From positions 20,770,001 through 20,834,000 of the forward strand of contig OX638153.1 of the NCBI GenBank assembly GCA_951804945.1: a stretch of DNA of 64,000 nucleotides. Reading direction: 5' to 3'. The number at the start of each line of letters is the position of its first letter. Within the stretch, counting starts at the first letter, position 1. Positions 1-13,470 of this stretch are shown here, in pieces. The notes under the pieces were generated by a model. The model did no database searches. It saw only the letters and a program-made list of their open reading frames with translations, and was not told the DNA's origin. This stretch comes from Podarcis cretensis (lineage: Eukaryota). Both the position numbers and the translations under genes were made by a program.

Positions 1-2021
1 TGGAATGCCTCCTCCTGAGTCTTGTAGATTGAATATACATTACAGATGCATTCCATATGTTTGTGCTTCAGGCTTGCTTCAGGTTTTCTTCAGACTGGAT
101 TGCGTTTATCAGCATGTGGAGTTCAGGCATCAACTTATTTACTGTTTTGTCCTGTGGAAACTTCCTAATGCAGATTTTCAGGAAGAGAGGAAATAATCAA
201 AATACTTGGGATCTTGAGCTTACCCTTCCATAAGAAGTGCCATTCAATCTCTGTTTACAGACACAGGAAATCAGCACCCTCCCTTCTTCGTTCAATTTGA
301 AGGGTGGTAATTGTAGGTAATAATTGTTACTGCCTTCTAAGGGGGAAGATAGCTAGCAAGCTTGCTCTCTCTGCTGTGCAGGTATCATCTCACCTAAGCC
401 AAGTGCCCCATGCAAATGCCCAGTCATGTGCAGCCCCAGTTTGTTTGGTTCTTGCCCCAGGAGGGAAGGAGGCAAGCTTGTGCCTTCACCATATCAGGTT
501 GGTACATAACCTGGTGTGCATATGATTTGGGGCATAGCATCTCCCCTCCTTCCTCTCAATTTGGATGTCAATTTAAAATCTGCAGCAAGGAATTTGATTC
601 AAGCAGCTCACTCCCTGGAGGGTGGCACTCCACATTCTTGAAGTATTAAGCATAATCTGGAATGATTAGCTAGCACAGGGGGAAGTTCAGGATGAACTAA
701 CGCAAAGGCAAAATGGCCTTTTGCCCTGAGGAAAATATGAGAGTATGAAGGAACAATTAACCTTTGGGCTGATGCCATTTCTCCATTTTGACAGTCAAGT
801 GAATGAATGAAGAAGCATGAACATGGCCTGGTAGCAGCCTGTCCCACATCAAAAATAGGATTTAACCCCCCCCCCATGGCTTCAAAAAGGAGGCGCTATC
901 CGCTTGTTCTCAGGCAAAATGATCACGTGTGATTTTTTTAAGGAGGGAAAGTTGCTGTGAATCTCACAGTACACATACTTTCCATCTGGATTGCAGTTGA
1001 GGATAGAGATACATACAAATGAAATGAGATGCTGTATCTTTTTAAATTTGTGTTTTCTTGTCTGGTTGTAGAACAAAACATCTTGGGGCACTAATTGAGC
1101 TCAGTGCATCAGATGTATGCATTGTTACCCTTGGGGTGTATGTGTGTATATGAAAAGAGAGAGATGGGATCTGTAAACAATGTGCCCCAAAGGCCATTAT
1201 AAATAGAGGTATATAACCCATCTGTTCAAAGGTCAAATGTACATAATAGCATTTACCGTTAACTTTGCATTGAAATGTGACATGCCTTCTATACTGTGTG
1301 AAATTCATGGCTTTTGGGATCTGCTGTTTGCAGTGTTATCTTCTGCACTCATCTCTGTGTGTGCATGTGTGTGACCTATCTACCAGGGAGATCATTCAAT
1401 GTGTCTTAGTCCGTGAAAGCTTATGCCACAATAAATCTGTTAGTGTTTTAGTTGTTGAATGTTGGCTACTGTCAGGTTGCCAATCAGGAAAGTCCCTTTC
1501 AGTTGGCCCCACCTGCTTGGTTGCAGTGTTCGCATACATGAGAAAGAGCACACCACAAAGCAATTCCACCATGGTTTGATGGGTGTGAGAGGAGGAAAGC
1601 AATACAGGGCCATAGAAATCCATGCTTACAGCCCAGTCCTATGCAAGTCTGCTTGGAAGTAAGCCCTGCGGAATGCAAGGGATTTATTGACATACAAGTG
1701 TGGATAGGATTATGGCTTTAAAATTGGAAGCCCTATGTAGATGCTTCTTCACATATTTAAATGTGGTTTCCCCAACCACATGAGCAAGAAAATTATTGTT
1801 TCGCCTGCAAACAAGTATTCGTACCAATCCAGTTGTCATCAGATCCCACAATGTGTGAAATTGTGTCCAGAGTTGCAGAGCATTAGCATCTCTGAATATA
1901 CTGTTGCTTCTCTATGATATTAACTGTTGATAACATGCATGAGGCCACCATTAGTGCTGCTTCAGTATGTTTGTTGCTGGTGGCATTTTTGATGATGATT
2001 TCCTTTTTTCTTTGAGCCCAG

Positions 2022-2280
2022 ATAGGAAAAATCTGCATTGACAACTGCATGAGGTTTTACGGCGTCAACGTCACCTATAGCTTGCAGACCCCCAATGTCA
2101 GCTGCTATGCTGTGGAGATTGCTCAGGGCCCTGAAGACCAGTATGGGACCCTCTACGTGAATGATTCCGCTGTGCTACAGAGACCTGACTGTAAAGAAAT
2201 CCAGTACGCTGTACTAGCTAAAGAAGAGCAGAGCAAGAAGGAAGCACTCACCCATGTTACCATTGTCCTTGATGGATCAC
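2022..2280 (+). CDS. RET: RET exon 7 (cadherin-like domain 4)
   Basis: cccag|ATA GGA AAA ATC TGC = IGKICIDNCMRFYGVNVTY...VLDGS, then |gtaagt; 259 bp; resembles human IGKVCVENC...VTVEGS. Confidence 0.95.
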
Positions 2281-2597
2281 GTAAGTTGTGTCTGGGCTTT
2301 GGTCTTGCCCATGATATGAGCTCTGAATACGCAAAGCCTCCAATACTTGAATATGCAAAGTATTTGGTTATTCAGGCCTTTTTATGCAGCAGCCCTTGCA
2401 TGTGAGATATAGGCCCCAGGGAGCCTGTTCACACCCTCCCTTCTCTCACTCGGGACAGCAACACAGAACTGTGTTGTTGGAAGAAATCCTTTGAATTCAA
2501 AGGAAAGAATGTGCTCTTTGCATTTTGTAAGCATTGGGTAGACACTTACAGAATTTTCTAGTGATGGTATAGGCCCTTCTTCTCCTCTTCTTTGTAG

Positions 2598-2723
2598 CTA
2601 TACATACCGATGATGGTTGCCCAGACTCATGTTCGATGAGCAAGACCCGATCAGAATGTGAAGAGTGTGGTGGCCTTGGAGCGCTAATGGGAAAATGCCA
2701 GTGGAGACAGGGAAGTGGTAAAG
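2598..2723 (+). CDS. RET: RET exon 8 (cysteine-rich domain start)
   Basis: ttgtag|...[36 protein letters not shown]|gtatgt; 126 bp, phase 1-1. Confidence 0.95.
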
Positions 2724-3593
2724 GTATGTCCAGACATTTAGCAATTGAATGGGAATCTAGAGTAGGGCAGATCTGAAGAGAGCATTGAAGAGCATGGGCA
2801 ATTCTGTCACTGGGAACCTCAGTTGGATATCAAGGACATTCAGGGCATTCTTTGTAACCCTGAGTTGCAAACATATTAATATTAATTGATCATTTTATTC
2901 CTTGAGCAGCCTTTACTGCTGTGTGTGTGTTTTAGAGAGGTGATACTTAAAGATACTGGGAAATCAGATATTGTGATTGCAACCTATAAGAAGTCAAATA
3001 CATTGTCCATTCCTCTCACCCTTCTCTTAGAGAAACACTTTTGTATGAGATTTTGTGCAGGAAAGAAGAATAGCACTATGTCATCTATTACATAATCAGT
3101 AGAAATATGTCACTGATAAGATAGCTTTGTTTGGAGTGGCAGCATATGTATTTAAAGGTGAATTCCTTCAGAACAATATAGTAAATTGCCATGGAGACAA
3201 CTTATATTAGGATCAGTTTGATTCAGTCTTGGAGGTGTACAGCAAGCAGCTGGAGCAGTGGCTGTGATAAACCACACACACACAAAAAAGAATAACTATG
3301 TGCTTCTTCAGGGGGTATTCCAAGGCCTGAAGGAACCAATTTGCCTTGTAAATGTTTGCTGCTAAAATTTAGCAAAGTCCTAATCAACTTATTTGAAGAG
3401 GTGTAGAAAGAGCTTTCAGATTCAGAAAGTCACCTGAACTGAAAAATAAATATAATTACAGTCTTTCCTTTGATTGTTTCATGCAGCATCACTTTAGGAA
3501 GAGTAAAGTGTAATTTTTCAGTAGCTCATCTTGCAGTGTAAAGATGCTGAGGCCACAACATGCTAAGTTCCTTCTTTTGTTTCTTGTTCTTAG

Positions 3594-3704
3594 GAATAAC
3601 AACAAACTATTCCACCTGCAGTCCAAGCATCAAGACCTGCCCGGATGCTATCTGTGACGCTGTTGAGAGCAGAGATAAAAAAATATGCCCTCAAGATTGC
3701 ACAA
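3594..3704 (+). CDS. RET: RET exon 9 (cysteine-rich domain)
   Basis: ttag|[37 protein letters not shown]|gtatgg; 111 bp. Confidence 0.96.
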
Positions 3705-6145
3705 GTATGGAATTGACACCTCTCAATTTTCTTTTCTACTGAGTTTTGCTTTCCTACTTCTGGGTCAAGCTGTTGCTTTATCTTAAATGTCAACCAGGGC
3801 CAAAAAGTTTACAACTGCCTTCAAGGTTGTGCAAGTTTCTTTTAAGGCAGATAACAGCTGTGTTACTTTTTGCATTCAGAGTGATTTATGCAGGATGCCT
3901 GTATAAATATTAGAATGTTCTTATTCTGTATTTTATTTTATTGTTTTTTGAAAATAGCCATGACCCAAAGAACTACTCTAGGAACATAACAAGAGATTTT
4001 CTACTTGGTTTTTCTCTGCTAGTTGTTTTATTTTGGTCCAACCACAGCCACTCTGCATTAGTGGCTACTTCTGAAGATGCCCAAAGTTTCAGGGTGGCTA
4101 TCTCAAAAAAATGAACTGGAATTAAAAACACAACATAGATTCGAAATATATATATTTTAAGAAAGGTTATGTCTTGAAGGTACTGGTTTCTATTTTATTT
4201 AAATGTGATAATTCTCTCTTTAGGCTCTGGTGTTGCAGCAGAACTGCACCATGAGTTCTAGTTCCATAGTTACTGGGTTGAGTGGTTATATTCAATAATA
4301 GCATACATCCTGCCTGGATAGTTTAATGTTCAGTTAAAGGGTTATATAATGTAGTTATACTTAGCACTTTTGTTGAGTGCCTTGAGCCAGAGTGTCTCTG
4401 AGCACTCTGCAAAAGTTGTTAAGTATCTTTATTGCCATTTAAGATGAGGAAATATAATAGGAAAAAAGGCTAAACTGATTCTTCCAAGAAGTGAAAAGGG
4501 ATATTATTTTCCTGGTTCTCCCATTATCCTCCTCCTGTGCGCTAAACTGGGCTGAAGTCCAAATTTAATGTGTGTGTATTTCTTAGTTACCTATGAATTG
4601 TAGCTAAGTATGCTCAGGGTAGCATTCCTACGCTGCAGTCCTACATTTGACCCCCTTGGTTAAACTCAGTGGGGTTTACTTTGAATAAGCAATGGCAATG
4701 GGCTGTAAGGGTTCCCAGCTATTCACCCATTCAGATACTGGCCTGGCATGTTGAGTCTCAGAAGACACAGGTACACCTATCACATCATACATTATCTCTT
4801 GATACCCAGGCCACAAATTAAAGTGGAGTTCATTGTTCTAGGGGCAGCTTGCCCTTGCACAGAACTGTGCGATAGTAGGAAGCAGACTCAGCCCTGTGGT
4901 ATTGTAAGCAAAATACTATGCTTCTCTTATATTCGGGAATGCCTCTGCACTTCTTAATTGATTCTCATCATCAGCTGGCACTGACTGGTTTGCCGAGCCT
5001 TGATGAAAAATCTTCTGTTTAAACATATGGCTCCCCACATCCCTCTGTGGTAGGAACTTCCACTGGAAACTGCTGCACGGTTCATTTTCTTATGAGGAGA
5101 GAGCACTGGAAGCACAAGGCATTTGGGGGGGGACATCTGTTTATTTACAAGTCTACACACTGAACATGGGGCAGCAGACAAGCACGGAGAGAAAATGCTC
5201 ATCTATAAAATACAATCAGTTTTCCCCAAAGCAAACAGTATCCACTTGGACCACCCATCCAGTTTTCCCTGTCAGCTGCAAAACTGAGACCTTTGTCCCA
5301 CTTACTGCTACATTCCAAAACCAGACTGTTTCTTCCTCGTCATGCAGGCATGCATTGGCAAAACATTGCTTTTTACCCCCACCCCCAGTAAGCAAGTATA
5401 CCCTATATTTTCCCTTGGAAGCAACAATTCATCATTAGAGCTCATTAGAGGAATACATGCAGATGTTAGACGGGCAAAAGCTAATGGATAGTCCATTCTT
5501 TTCCTTGACACTCATACAACCCAATAATTTTTCCATTACACCTCTTAGTGGTCTTCCCAAACTCTTCCAGTTGTGTTGGACTACAACTTCCATTCCCCCC
5601 GCCCTGACTGTTAGCCACACCAGCTGGAGCGCATGGGAGTTGTATTCTGGAAGATGCCCTTATTGAGGAAGACTGGCCATTCTCCATTGCTTCCAAATCA
5701 CCTCCTCCTACCCATGCCTGTTTCCCTATCCTCCTTTGCTATGCTGTAGCATCAACCTGCCTTGTATTTATTTGAATCTGTTCTTGAGCACCCAACCGCA
5801 GCCACCACAATGGCACTAGGGGAATAAGTCCGTTCCACCTATTGCTGCAAGAGAAGTGATGCCCATTTCCAAATGCTGTCTGTCTCTCCCGTTCCACCAG
5901 CTTGTGGGGAGGGGAGAAAGAAAGCTATGTTTTGCAAGCAAGAGCAGCAAAGCAGAGACGCTCCACTTGCAAATGCCAGCCTTGTCTCTCCCCTGCCGAT
6001 CAATGGTGGGGAAGAGAGAAATGAGCAGATCACCATCCCTGTGCTCAGTGTCCCTTGCAGTGTGGTTCTTGCTGCTGTGTTGTCACCAGGGTAAGATGTA
6101 GATTGCCACCCCTCTCACCTTGCCACCCAGGACACCAGCAGCTCC

Positions 6146-6188
6146 TCCCTCCCTCCCTCCCTCCCTCCCTCCCTCCCTCCCTCCCTCC

Positions 6189-6226
<38 letters not shown>
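6146..6226. repeat. compound microsatellite (CCCT)n(CT)n(CA)n
   Basis: Directly visible. Confidence 0.95.
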
Positions 6227-6228
<2 letters not shown>

Positions 6229-6707
6229 CTCAGACCAGGTCTGGCAACATATTGTGTGCATAGATTGATGCATACAGTTGCATATGGATAAGCATCATTG
6301 ATTTGTTAGGACTCAGTCATGGCATAGTGGGCAGGATTATAGCTTTGAAGACTATTTCCAGTAAAGTAAAGCTAGCAGTGGTGTAGCTGCTTTTGCACGT
6401 ACAGCAAATCTATACACCATTGTGAATTCTGTTTCACGTTTGTCCCTACTGTCATATTTTAAGGCAGGCTGTTTTGTGGCAGCAATTGATAATCATCATA
6501 ATAGCCACACAAAACAAGGTCTCATGCGATTGCTTCTTAGAGCTAAGCCCCAAAGACAGATGCCAGTTTTCGTGCCCAGATTTGTTTCTCCTGTTTTTAC
6601 AAACGAAATTTCAAATGCTCAACAGGATAAACCCACAGAACATACTGACATGATATTTTGAGCCCTGGCTGTGGAATGGTGCATGCTCACATTTGTGTTT
6701 AATTTAG

Positions 6708-6827
6708 AGACAAACATTGTTGGTGGCCACCAGAAAGGCCTGAATGGACTGGGAATCAAGGCAGGACATGGAGTTTGTCACTGCTTTCCAGGAACTAGCT
6801 GTTACTGCGAGAAAGATGATATCAGAG
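6708..6827 (+). CDS. RET: RET exon 10 (C609/C611/C618/C620 equivalents)
   Basis: tttag|...TNIVGGHQKGLNGLGIKAGHGVCHCFPGTSCYCEKDDIR|gtaagt; 120 bp. Confidence 0.95.
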
Positions 6828-7907
6828 GTAAGTCTGAAGTTTATTTACTGACTTTACGCTTGTGCTATTGAATGCTCCAACACTTCCATCTTTGAAAGAT
6901 AAAAACTTCTATGTGTGTGCTCTTCCTCTTTCTCTCTCACATGTACATGGGATGGAAGGGTGAATACAGGACACAACCGCAGATGGAAACTGAAGGATAG
7001 TGTGTTTCTTCCTGCCAAGGAAACATTCAGTACACAACGAGATTTTTATGTAGGAGCACATTGAAATGAGTGATCATCCTCATGCCTTCGCTAATGGAAA
7101 TAAACTTCCACACATAACTGTCACCTTCTCCTTACTGACTGCCCTCAGGTCACTGTGTGCTTGTTGTGGATTCTGAATTCCACATGCCTATGACTTACAG
7201 CTGGGATATGTGCTCTCCACAACACCCAAAAGCATCTCCCTGACTATACTGTAAAGCAGCACACATTGCATGAGTTGGGGGCAATTGTGTTGTGAGCTTC
7301 CTTGCCCCAAAGCTTTGTCATTGGCAAGCACTCATAAGATGCTGGCTGCAACTCATTTGCTAATAAAATCAGCTTCCAGGGGATGGGAAATTCCCTGTGG
7401 CCATGTACACTGATTGCACTATGCTAATAGCAGTAGTAATACAATATGGAGATAATTATTGTGATGTTTAGATTATCATTTTTAAATAGAGATGGAAATG
7501 AAGAAAGAGCAAGCACTCCCCCCCCCCATTTAATGGCTGACATTATCCTTTAATTAACTCTTGATCAAAAGGGAGATTGAAGAAAATTAAAGATTGAGTG
7601 AGATGGGACTGAAAAGAACTAAAGACAGAAGGAGTATCTCAGGCTACACAGTTGGCTTGATTTGGCAACACTGATCAATGCAGCCTGCTGATTTTAGGAA
7701 GCAAGTATAGCAGCTTTTTAGCAACAGTAAAAGCTGCTTTAACATTTGAGAGTATGTTAGGTAGCTGATGTAGGTGTTCCTCTACTTCCCAAGTTATTTT
7801 CTCCTAATACTTGCTTTCAATAGAGATGCTTTAAATGTGATTGTTAATTGGCATGGAAAGAAAAAAATTGCGGCAAGTGCCATGACCAAATTATTCTTTA
7901 TCCACAG

Positions 7908-8161
7908 AGCCACTGTGTGATTACATGTGCAAAACTGTGATTGCAGGAGGAGTCCTGCTATCCTTCATTATTTCGGTACTCCTTTCTTCCTACTTCATCC
8001 ATCGCTATCACAAGAATTCTCCAAAGCCACCTATTGCTTCTGCAGAGATGACCTTCCGCCGCCCTGCCCAGTCATACCCCATAAGCTACTCATCGACAAA
8101 TGTCCGTCGACCGTCAATGGACTCTGAGAACCAGATGTCAGTAGACACGTTTAAAATACCT
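7908..8161 (+). CDS. RET: RET exon 11 (C630/C634, transmembrane helix, juxtamembrane)
   Basis: cacag|[33 protein letters not shown]...[30 protein letters not shown]|gtaagt; 254 bp. Confidence 0.97.
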
Positions 8162-8470
8162 GTAAGTTTTTCCTGTTTTCAGCTACTTACCATTCAAGGC
8201 ATATGGAGAACCAGCTTCTATTTACTACTGCTGATTTACCAAGTGTGCAAAAGAGTTCCTGGTTTACTCCCACCATTGTATTTTTTTTCTTCAAATCCTT
8301 CTAACAGCTGCCACCATGTATCTTTACTATGTCTGCTGTTTACTAGAGCCTTAAATCTACATAGTAGCGGTGGTACTTTCAGTTCGGCATAAAACAAGCC
8401 AGGTTCACAATATAAGTACATAAAAGTAACAAGTTGTTCTTTAAAGAGTAAAATAAGGTAAATATTATAC

Positions 8471-8808
8471 CATACCCTCCAACATTTCTTCAATGAAAAT
8501 AGGGACACCCCATTCCATAATGATAATTTTACTGTTTATAACCCACACATCTTACTGGGTTGCCCCAGCCACTCTGAGCAGCTCCCAACATATATAAAAG
8601 CATTAAAAAAAATTGAAAAAAACTTCCCTATACAGGATTGTCTTCAGTTGGCTCGGGGGGTCAGATAACTCCATACCCTCCAACATTTCTCCAATGAAAA
8701 TAGGGACATCCTAAAGAAAAGTGGGACATTCCAGGATCGAATAAAAAACCGAGATGGCTTGTCTAAATCAGGGACGTCCTTAGAAAATAGGGACACTTGG
8801 AGGGTCTG
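8471..8808. mobile_element. probable non-autonomous DNA transposon
   Basis: Imperfect TIR (cataccctccaa ... ttggagggtctg), repeated AAATAGGGACA motif, internal duplication of the left end at ~8672. Confidence 0.55.
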
Positions 8809-10292
8809 CTATACTTAAACCAGTTACTGTTTCTTGAAGATTTAGGTTTGCTCTAATAAAGGCTATTGTTACTTTAAGTGGTAGTTGCTTGTAAATATGG
8901 AAACGTAGACAGAAGTGAAGGAGAGGAGGAGGGTGGGAGAGGAAAAACTGGCAGCAGGGAGAGAGGGGGAGCAGAAATGAATGGAAGGAAGAGAAAGATC
9001 AGTTCAGACCTCTGGCAGGAGTAATCTGTCTCTTTTCTGATAGTTGATAGCTGTCTTGGGCAGAGAGATATACAGAAGGGAGGCAGAAAGAGTTAAGGGG
9101 GGCCCTACCCACAAGGGGCAACTGGCCCCACCCACAGCTTGCATGCAGCTACCAACAATTTATCCCTTAGTCAATGCAGGGGGTGGGAATCCTATGCACA
9201 ATGCTACTTATTAATATAATTTGTTCAGTTTCCTTTCTTCGCGTATGGCCAATATTCATATGGAGTTTGAGATCTTGGAAAACAACTTGCTGCAAGTTTA
9301 TCTGCCTGAAAATTAGACCCATATGAATAGAAAATGTTCCATTCAATTCTGTGGTTGTTCCACCTAATACAATAGCTTGTTTGTTAGTTGTACGTCCTTT
9401 GGTATGGAACCATAAATGACCGCTTGTTCTACTGGAATGAACAATTAGATTACAGTTAACTAGTCCCTCCAGAAGTCTGCAACTAATTATTTTAGCGTTT
9501 CCTAGCAACCTGGTTTGGCTGCTCCTCACTGCAGCTGTATTAGCCATACTAGTAAAATATTAAAACCCATTTGCTTGCTTGAGAAAATTTCAGCTTTTAA
9601 AAAGTCAAACGAATAGCAGTCTTTTTAAAAATAAAAAGATAGCTTGTGGTCATCATGGCCACCTGCATTTATCATGAGCTTATGTTTTACTAAGATTTGA
9701 GACTACATGTTTGCATACGAAGTTCTACTGACTAGGTCAGGAATGGCCAAACTTGGGTTTTCCCGACCCCCTTGCTATCCATCCTGTGTCATATTAGGAG
9801 TCTCAGTTGCTATGCACTTCTGCTTCCTACTTGGCAGACAAGCCTTTCGTTTGCCATGGGGAAGAAGGGTGACTGCAGAGAGCCTTACAGCGCACAGCCT
9901 GACCCACACAAGCTGACATAGGGAAGAATTGCAGGGGCTGTGAGAGTCACATGCTGTACTTCCCCCCTCCTCCCATTTTCTAAAAAGTGACCTCTCATCA
10001 CTGGGGGGGGGGGGGGAGCTCACTACCAACAGCACTGACTTGGCTGAGCACCATGTAAGAGAACCACATGCTGTTTTTGCACCAATAACAGATCACCACT
10101 GAGGCCTCTGTGTCACTGCAAAGGCCTCTGAGATGACTTGTGTGTTACTAGCTGGAGGATGAGGTACGATTTGGCACGTGACATTCTCCAGCTTTGCTTG
10201 CACATTGCAGGGTCCCTTTCCAGTCAGGTTCTTGAACTTGGCTAGATTTCTGTTGGTGCAGCCAATATACTGGGGTAGGAGAGCTGAAAATA

Positions 10293-10597
10293 CTGTATTG
10301 GCCCAAATATAAGCTGCACCTTTAAAACTGGAAGGGGAAAAAGAAAAAATACCTGAATATAAGCCACTCCATTCCTCGCTGCTCCTGGCTGCATACTTGT
10401 GGGGGGGGGCGCACTGCATTGCCGGAGGCCTTTCCCCTTCCCCACTCTCTCCCTTCCCGACCTTGGGGGAGAGGATGGGGGACTATGCATGGGGCAGGCG
10501 CTGCTTTGCCATGCTCCTGGCTGCATACCGTAAGGTCGCGAATATATAACTTTTCACGGTTGGGGGGGAAGTGAGGCTTATATTCAGGGCAATACGG
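10293..10597. mobile_element. Tc1/mariner-type MITE
   Basis: TA|ctgtattggcc...gggcaatacgg|TA; homologous copy at 17228-17580. Confidence 0.8.
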
Positions 10598-10768
10598 TAA
10601 TAACAATATATTTCACATCTGGCAACCAAGACACCACTTTGGTTTCAGATAGTGCATGGGTTTTCAAGTCTAAAAAGCCCAGGACACGGAATTTTAGAGG
10701 CCTCTAGCAGCCGTGGTGGCTCATTCACCAAGAAGTAATGTATTTAGCTTTAACTTTGGAAGTGTATA

Positions 10769-11111
10769 CAGTGGTGCCTCGCAAGACGAAATTAATCCAT
10801 TCCGCAAGTCTCTTCGTCTAGCGGTTTCTTCGTCTTGCGAAGCAAGCCCATTGACGGCTTAGCGGATTAGCGCTATTAGCGGCTTAGCGGCTTTTAGCGG
10901 TTTAGCGGCTTAGCGGATCAGCTGATAAGCGGCTTAGCGGCTTAGAAAGGGGGGGGGAGGGAAAAAAACCCGCAGGAACTCGCAAGACATTTTCGTCTTG
11001 CGAAGCAAGCCCATAGGGAAATTCGTTTTGCGAAGCGCCTCCAAAACGGAAAACCCTTTCGTCTAGCGGGTTTTCCGTTTTGCGAGGCGTTCGTCTTGCG
11101 GGGCACCACTG
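10769..11111. mobile_element. Tc1/mariner (Tigger-like) MITE
   Basis: TA|cagtggtgcctcgcaagacgaa...ttcgtcttgcggggcaccactg|TA; CpG-rich. Confidence 0.9.
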
Positions 11112-12304
11112 TACTCGATTCTGACCAAACTAAGCCTACTGATGTATATTTTGCTCTAGGCGGCTTAGTTTGGTCAGAATTGAGTATGCACTTTCAGAGT
11201 TGGTGCTAAATGCATTGCTTCTAGTAAATGAGCCACCATAGCCACTGGCATTTGCCCTGGGCCACTGGAACAGAATGAGGTAATAAATAAATAAACTATC
11301 ACATAAAAATGAAGAATAACATCAATAGTGGAAATACTCTTCAGACCCATATGCTACCTTAATTTGCACCAAATAACTTTATGGAATCTAGTTTATGAAA
11401 TGATCACAGACACAGAGTCACAGGTTACCAATCTTAAAAGTCCTGTTATAAGCTATGTGGAAAAAGCATCCAAATTAAAAATGCTCACTTAATGCCTAAG
11501 CAAAACAGATTTCTGTTTAAATGGTAATCTGGTCCATATACATGAAAGGACAGAGGGTGAAGGCTCAGTTCCAGGAACATTAAGCTCAATGTGGTTGCTA
11601 GTGTCATAACCTTAAAAATCCTTCTCTGCACAACAGGGAATCAATGTTGGAGGCATTTGGGGGAGCTTTTGCCAGTGAAACACTGTCTTTTTGTGCATCT
11701 CATTTGTCTCCCTAGGCTATATTTAGATGTTAGGGGATGGTACTTTCATAGAGGCATGTATGCTGTTTGCTTTTGTTTCACTGTTGGTTTATACAGTCAT
11801 CACTGTTCTGTGACTGTCAGGCTTGATAGGTTCCCGAAACAGAAAGGCAATTGTCTGAGATGAATGGTTGAATTCTAAAACAAGTCTCCCTTCCCCTTTG
11901 GTTTCCTCAAGCTTATAAAACGGTGAAATATTTTTACCCAAGAGCATTTACTTTTCATTTCTGGCAACACTGATGGCAGGAGCGCAGATAGTTTTCACCC
12001 TAATTGCCACCTATCATGTGCATATACTGGCTTCATAGTTTTATAAAAGGCACTTGCACCTGGGAACTTCAGGGTTAGGAACTAGTCCAATAAATTTCCA
12101 TGGATTATGTGTGATCAGGCCTCAGAACCTTCTTCAGTGCAGAAGGAGTGTGTCACTTCAGCCACTGTGTTCGGCAAGCAGGGGAAAAAGACCATTTGGG
12201 TTGGCCAGGTCTGGTATATATTATTGCTCTGCCAAAACTTATCCTCTGTGGTTTTTTCAACCATTATCCATCAGTTAATAAGAAAAGAAAGTGAAGGTTG
12301 TGTC

Positions 12305-12921
12305 TAGGCCTGGGTAATATATTAATATGAGGAGTACGAGGAGCAGACTGTGATGTCAGCTTCACTCAGCAGTGTATCACTGGTGAAACTGCCACCACTC
12401 CTGAGTCCCTCTGCTAGCGACTTTCTCCAGCGAGTGTTGTTAGCAGAGGGACTCAGGAGTGGTGACGGCTTCACCAGCGATATATCATGGAGTGAAATCG
12501 CCATCCCACTCTGCCCTCATACTGCACAGACGGATAAAAGGGCTGCATCTTCATCTTTTAACTGCTCAGCTGAGGAGTGTTCAGTTACCGCTCCCCTCAA
12601 CTGAGCCGTTAAAGGCTCCCCCAGCAAGCAGGGAGAGCTCTGGCCATGGCTCTGCTGGGGATTGGGAGCCCTCTTGTGCCCCAGCTAAGCATACAAACAA
12701 GCTGCCTTGTCCCAGACGGCTAGGGGCTGGGGTGAAGCCACCTCAGCTCCCATGATGAGAGCTGTGGCGATTTCACCAGGCGAACTGTGGCGATTTCACC
12801 AGGCGCCTGGCAGGCTGGCGGCAATGCAGCTTGTTTATTCAACAGTGTGGTATATCGGCAGGCCACGATGTTTGGCTGGTGATATACCGTGATGCTGAAA
12901 AGCTTATATCGCCCAGCCCCA
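12305..12921. mobile_element. probable hAT-like non-autonomous element with internal hairpin
   Basis: Imperfect TIR taggcctgggtaatat / atatcgcccagcccca; repeated GATAT/CGAT motifs; no clean TSD. Confidence 0.55.
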
Positions 12922-13470
12922 GTGGTCTTATTTTAAAGATATTGGGGGGCGGGCGGATTAAGGTGAAAGGAAGGGCTTCCTTTAAAACAAAATCAGTGAG
13001 TGTATTGCTCTCTGGCTCCTGGTAGCTCAGCATTCCCAGGTCCCTGTGCTTCAGTTAAAGCCCAGGTATCTCCTCCCTTAGGGCTTTTTCAGATCAGGAA
13101 GCACAAACAGCCAAGGAAAGGGGAGAGTGCTGGAGAAATGTTTAATGGAAAGAAAAACACACATACAATGCTTGGCTAACTTGCAACTACCATAAGATAA
13201 GCTCAACCTTACACCCACTGTAATTTTTTTTTTTAAATAATAATCTAAAATTATCTGCTAATGAGGCAGAAAAGCAGAAACTTCTTTTGCAAGGAAATAT
13301 AACTATTGGCAGATTAAAGAAGGTATTGGGGCCTTTCTCCCCCGTTTGGCAGAGAAAGAAGGCAGGTTGAAAACTGTATCAGATGACCTGCAGTGGAAAG
13401 GAGAGGGAAGTGCCCCCATCAAATGCTGTTACTCTTCTGTCTTGTGAGATTTACTTTTCCTCTAACACAG

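Noticed and set aside
1848-1866. Inverted SOX-like pair CACAAT-n7-ATTGTG (also CACAATGAATTGTG at ~24918)
   Set aside because: Short AT-rich motifs expected by chance; cannot be supported without conservation data
1-2021. RET exon 6 or another gene at the window start
   Set aside because: No ORF resembles RET exon 6; treated as intron 6
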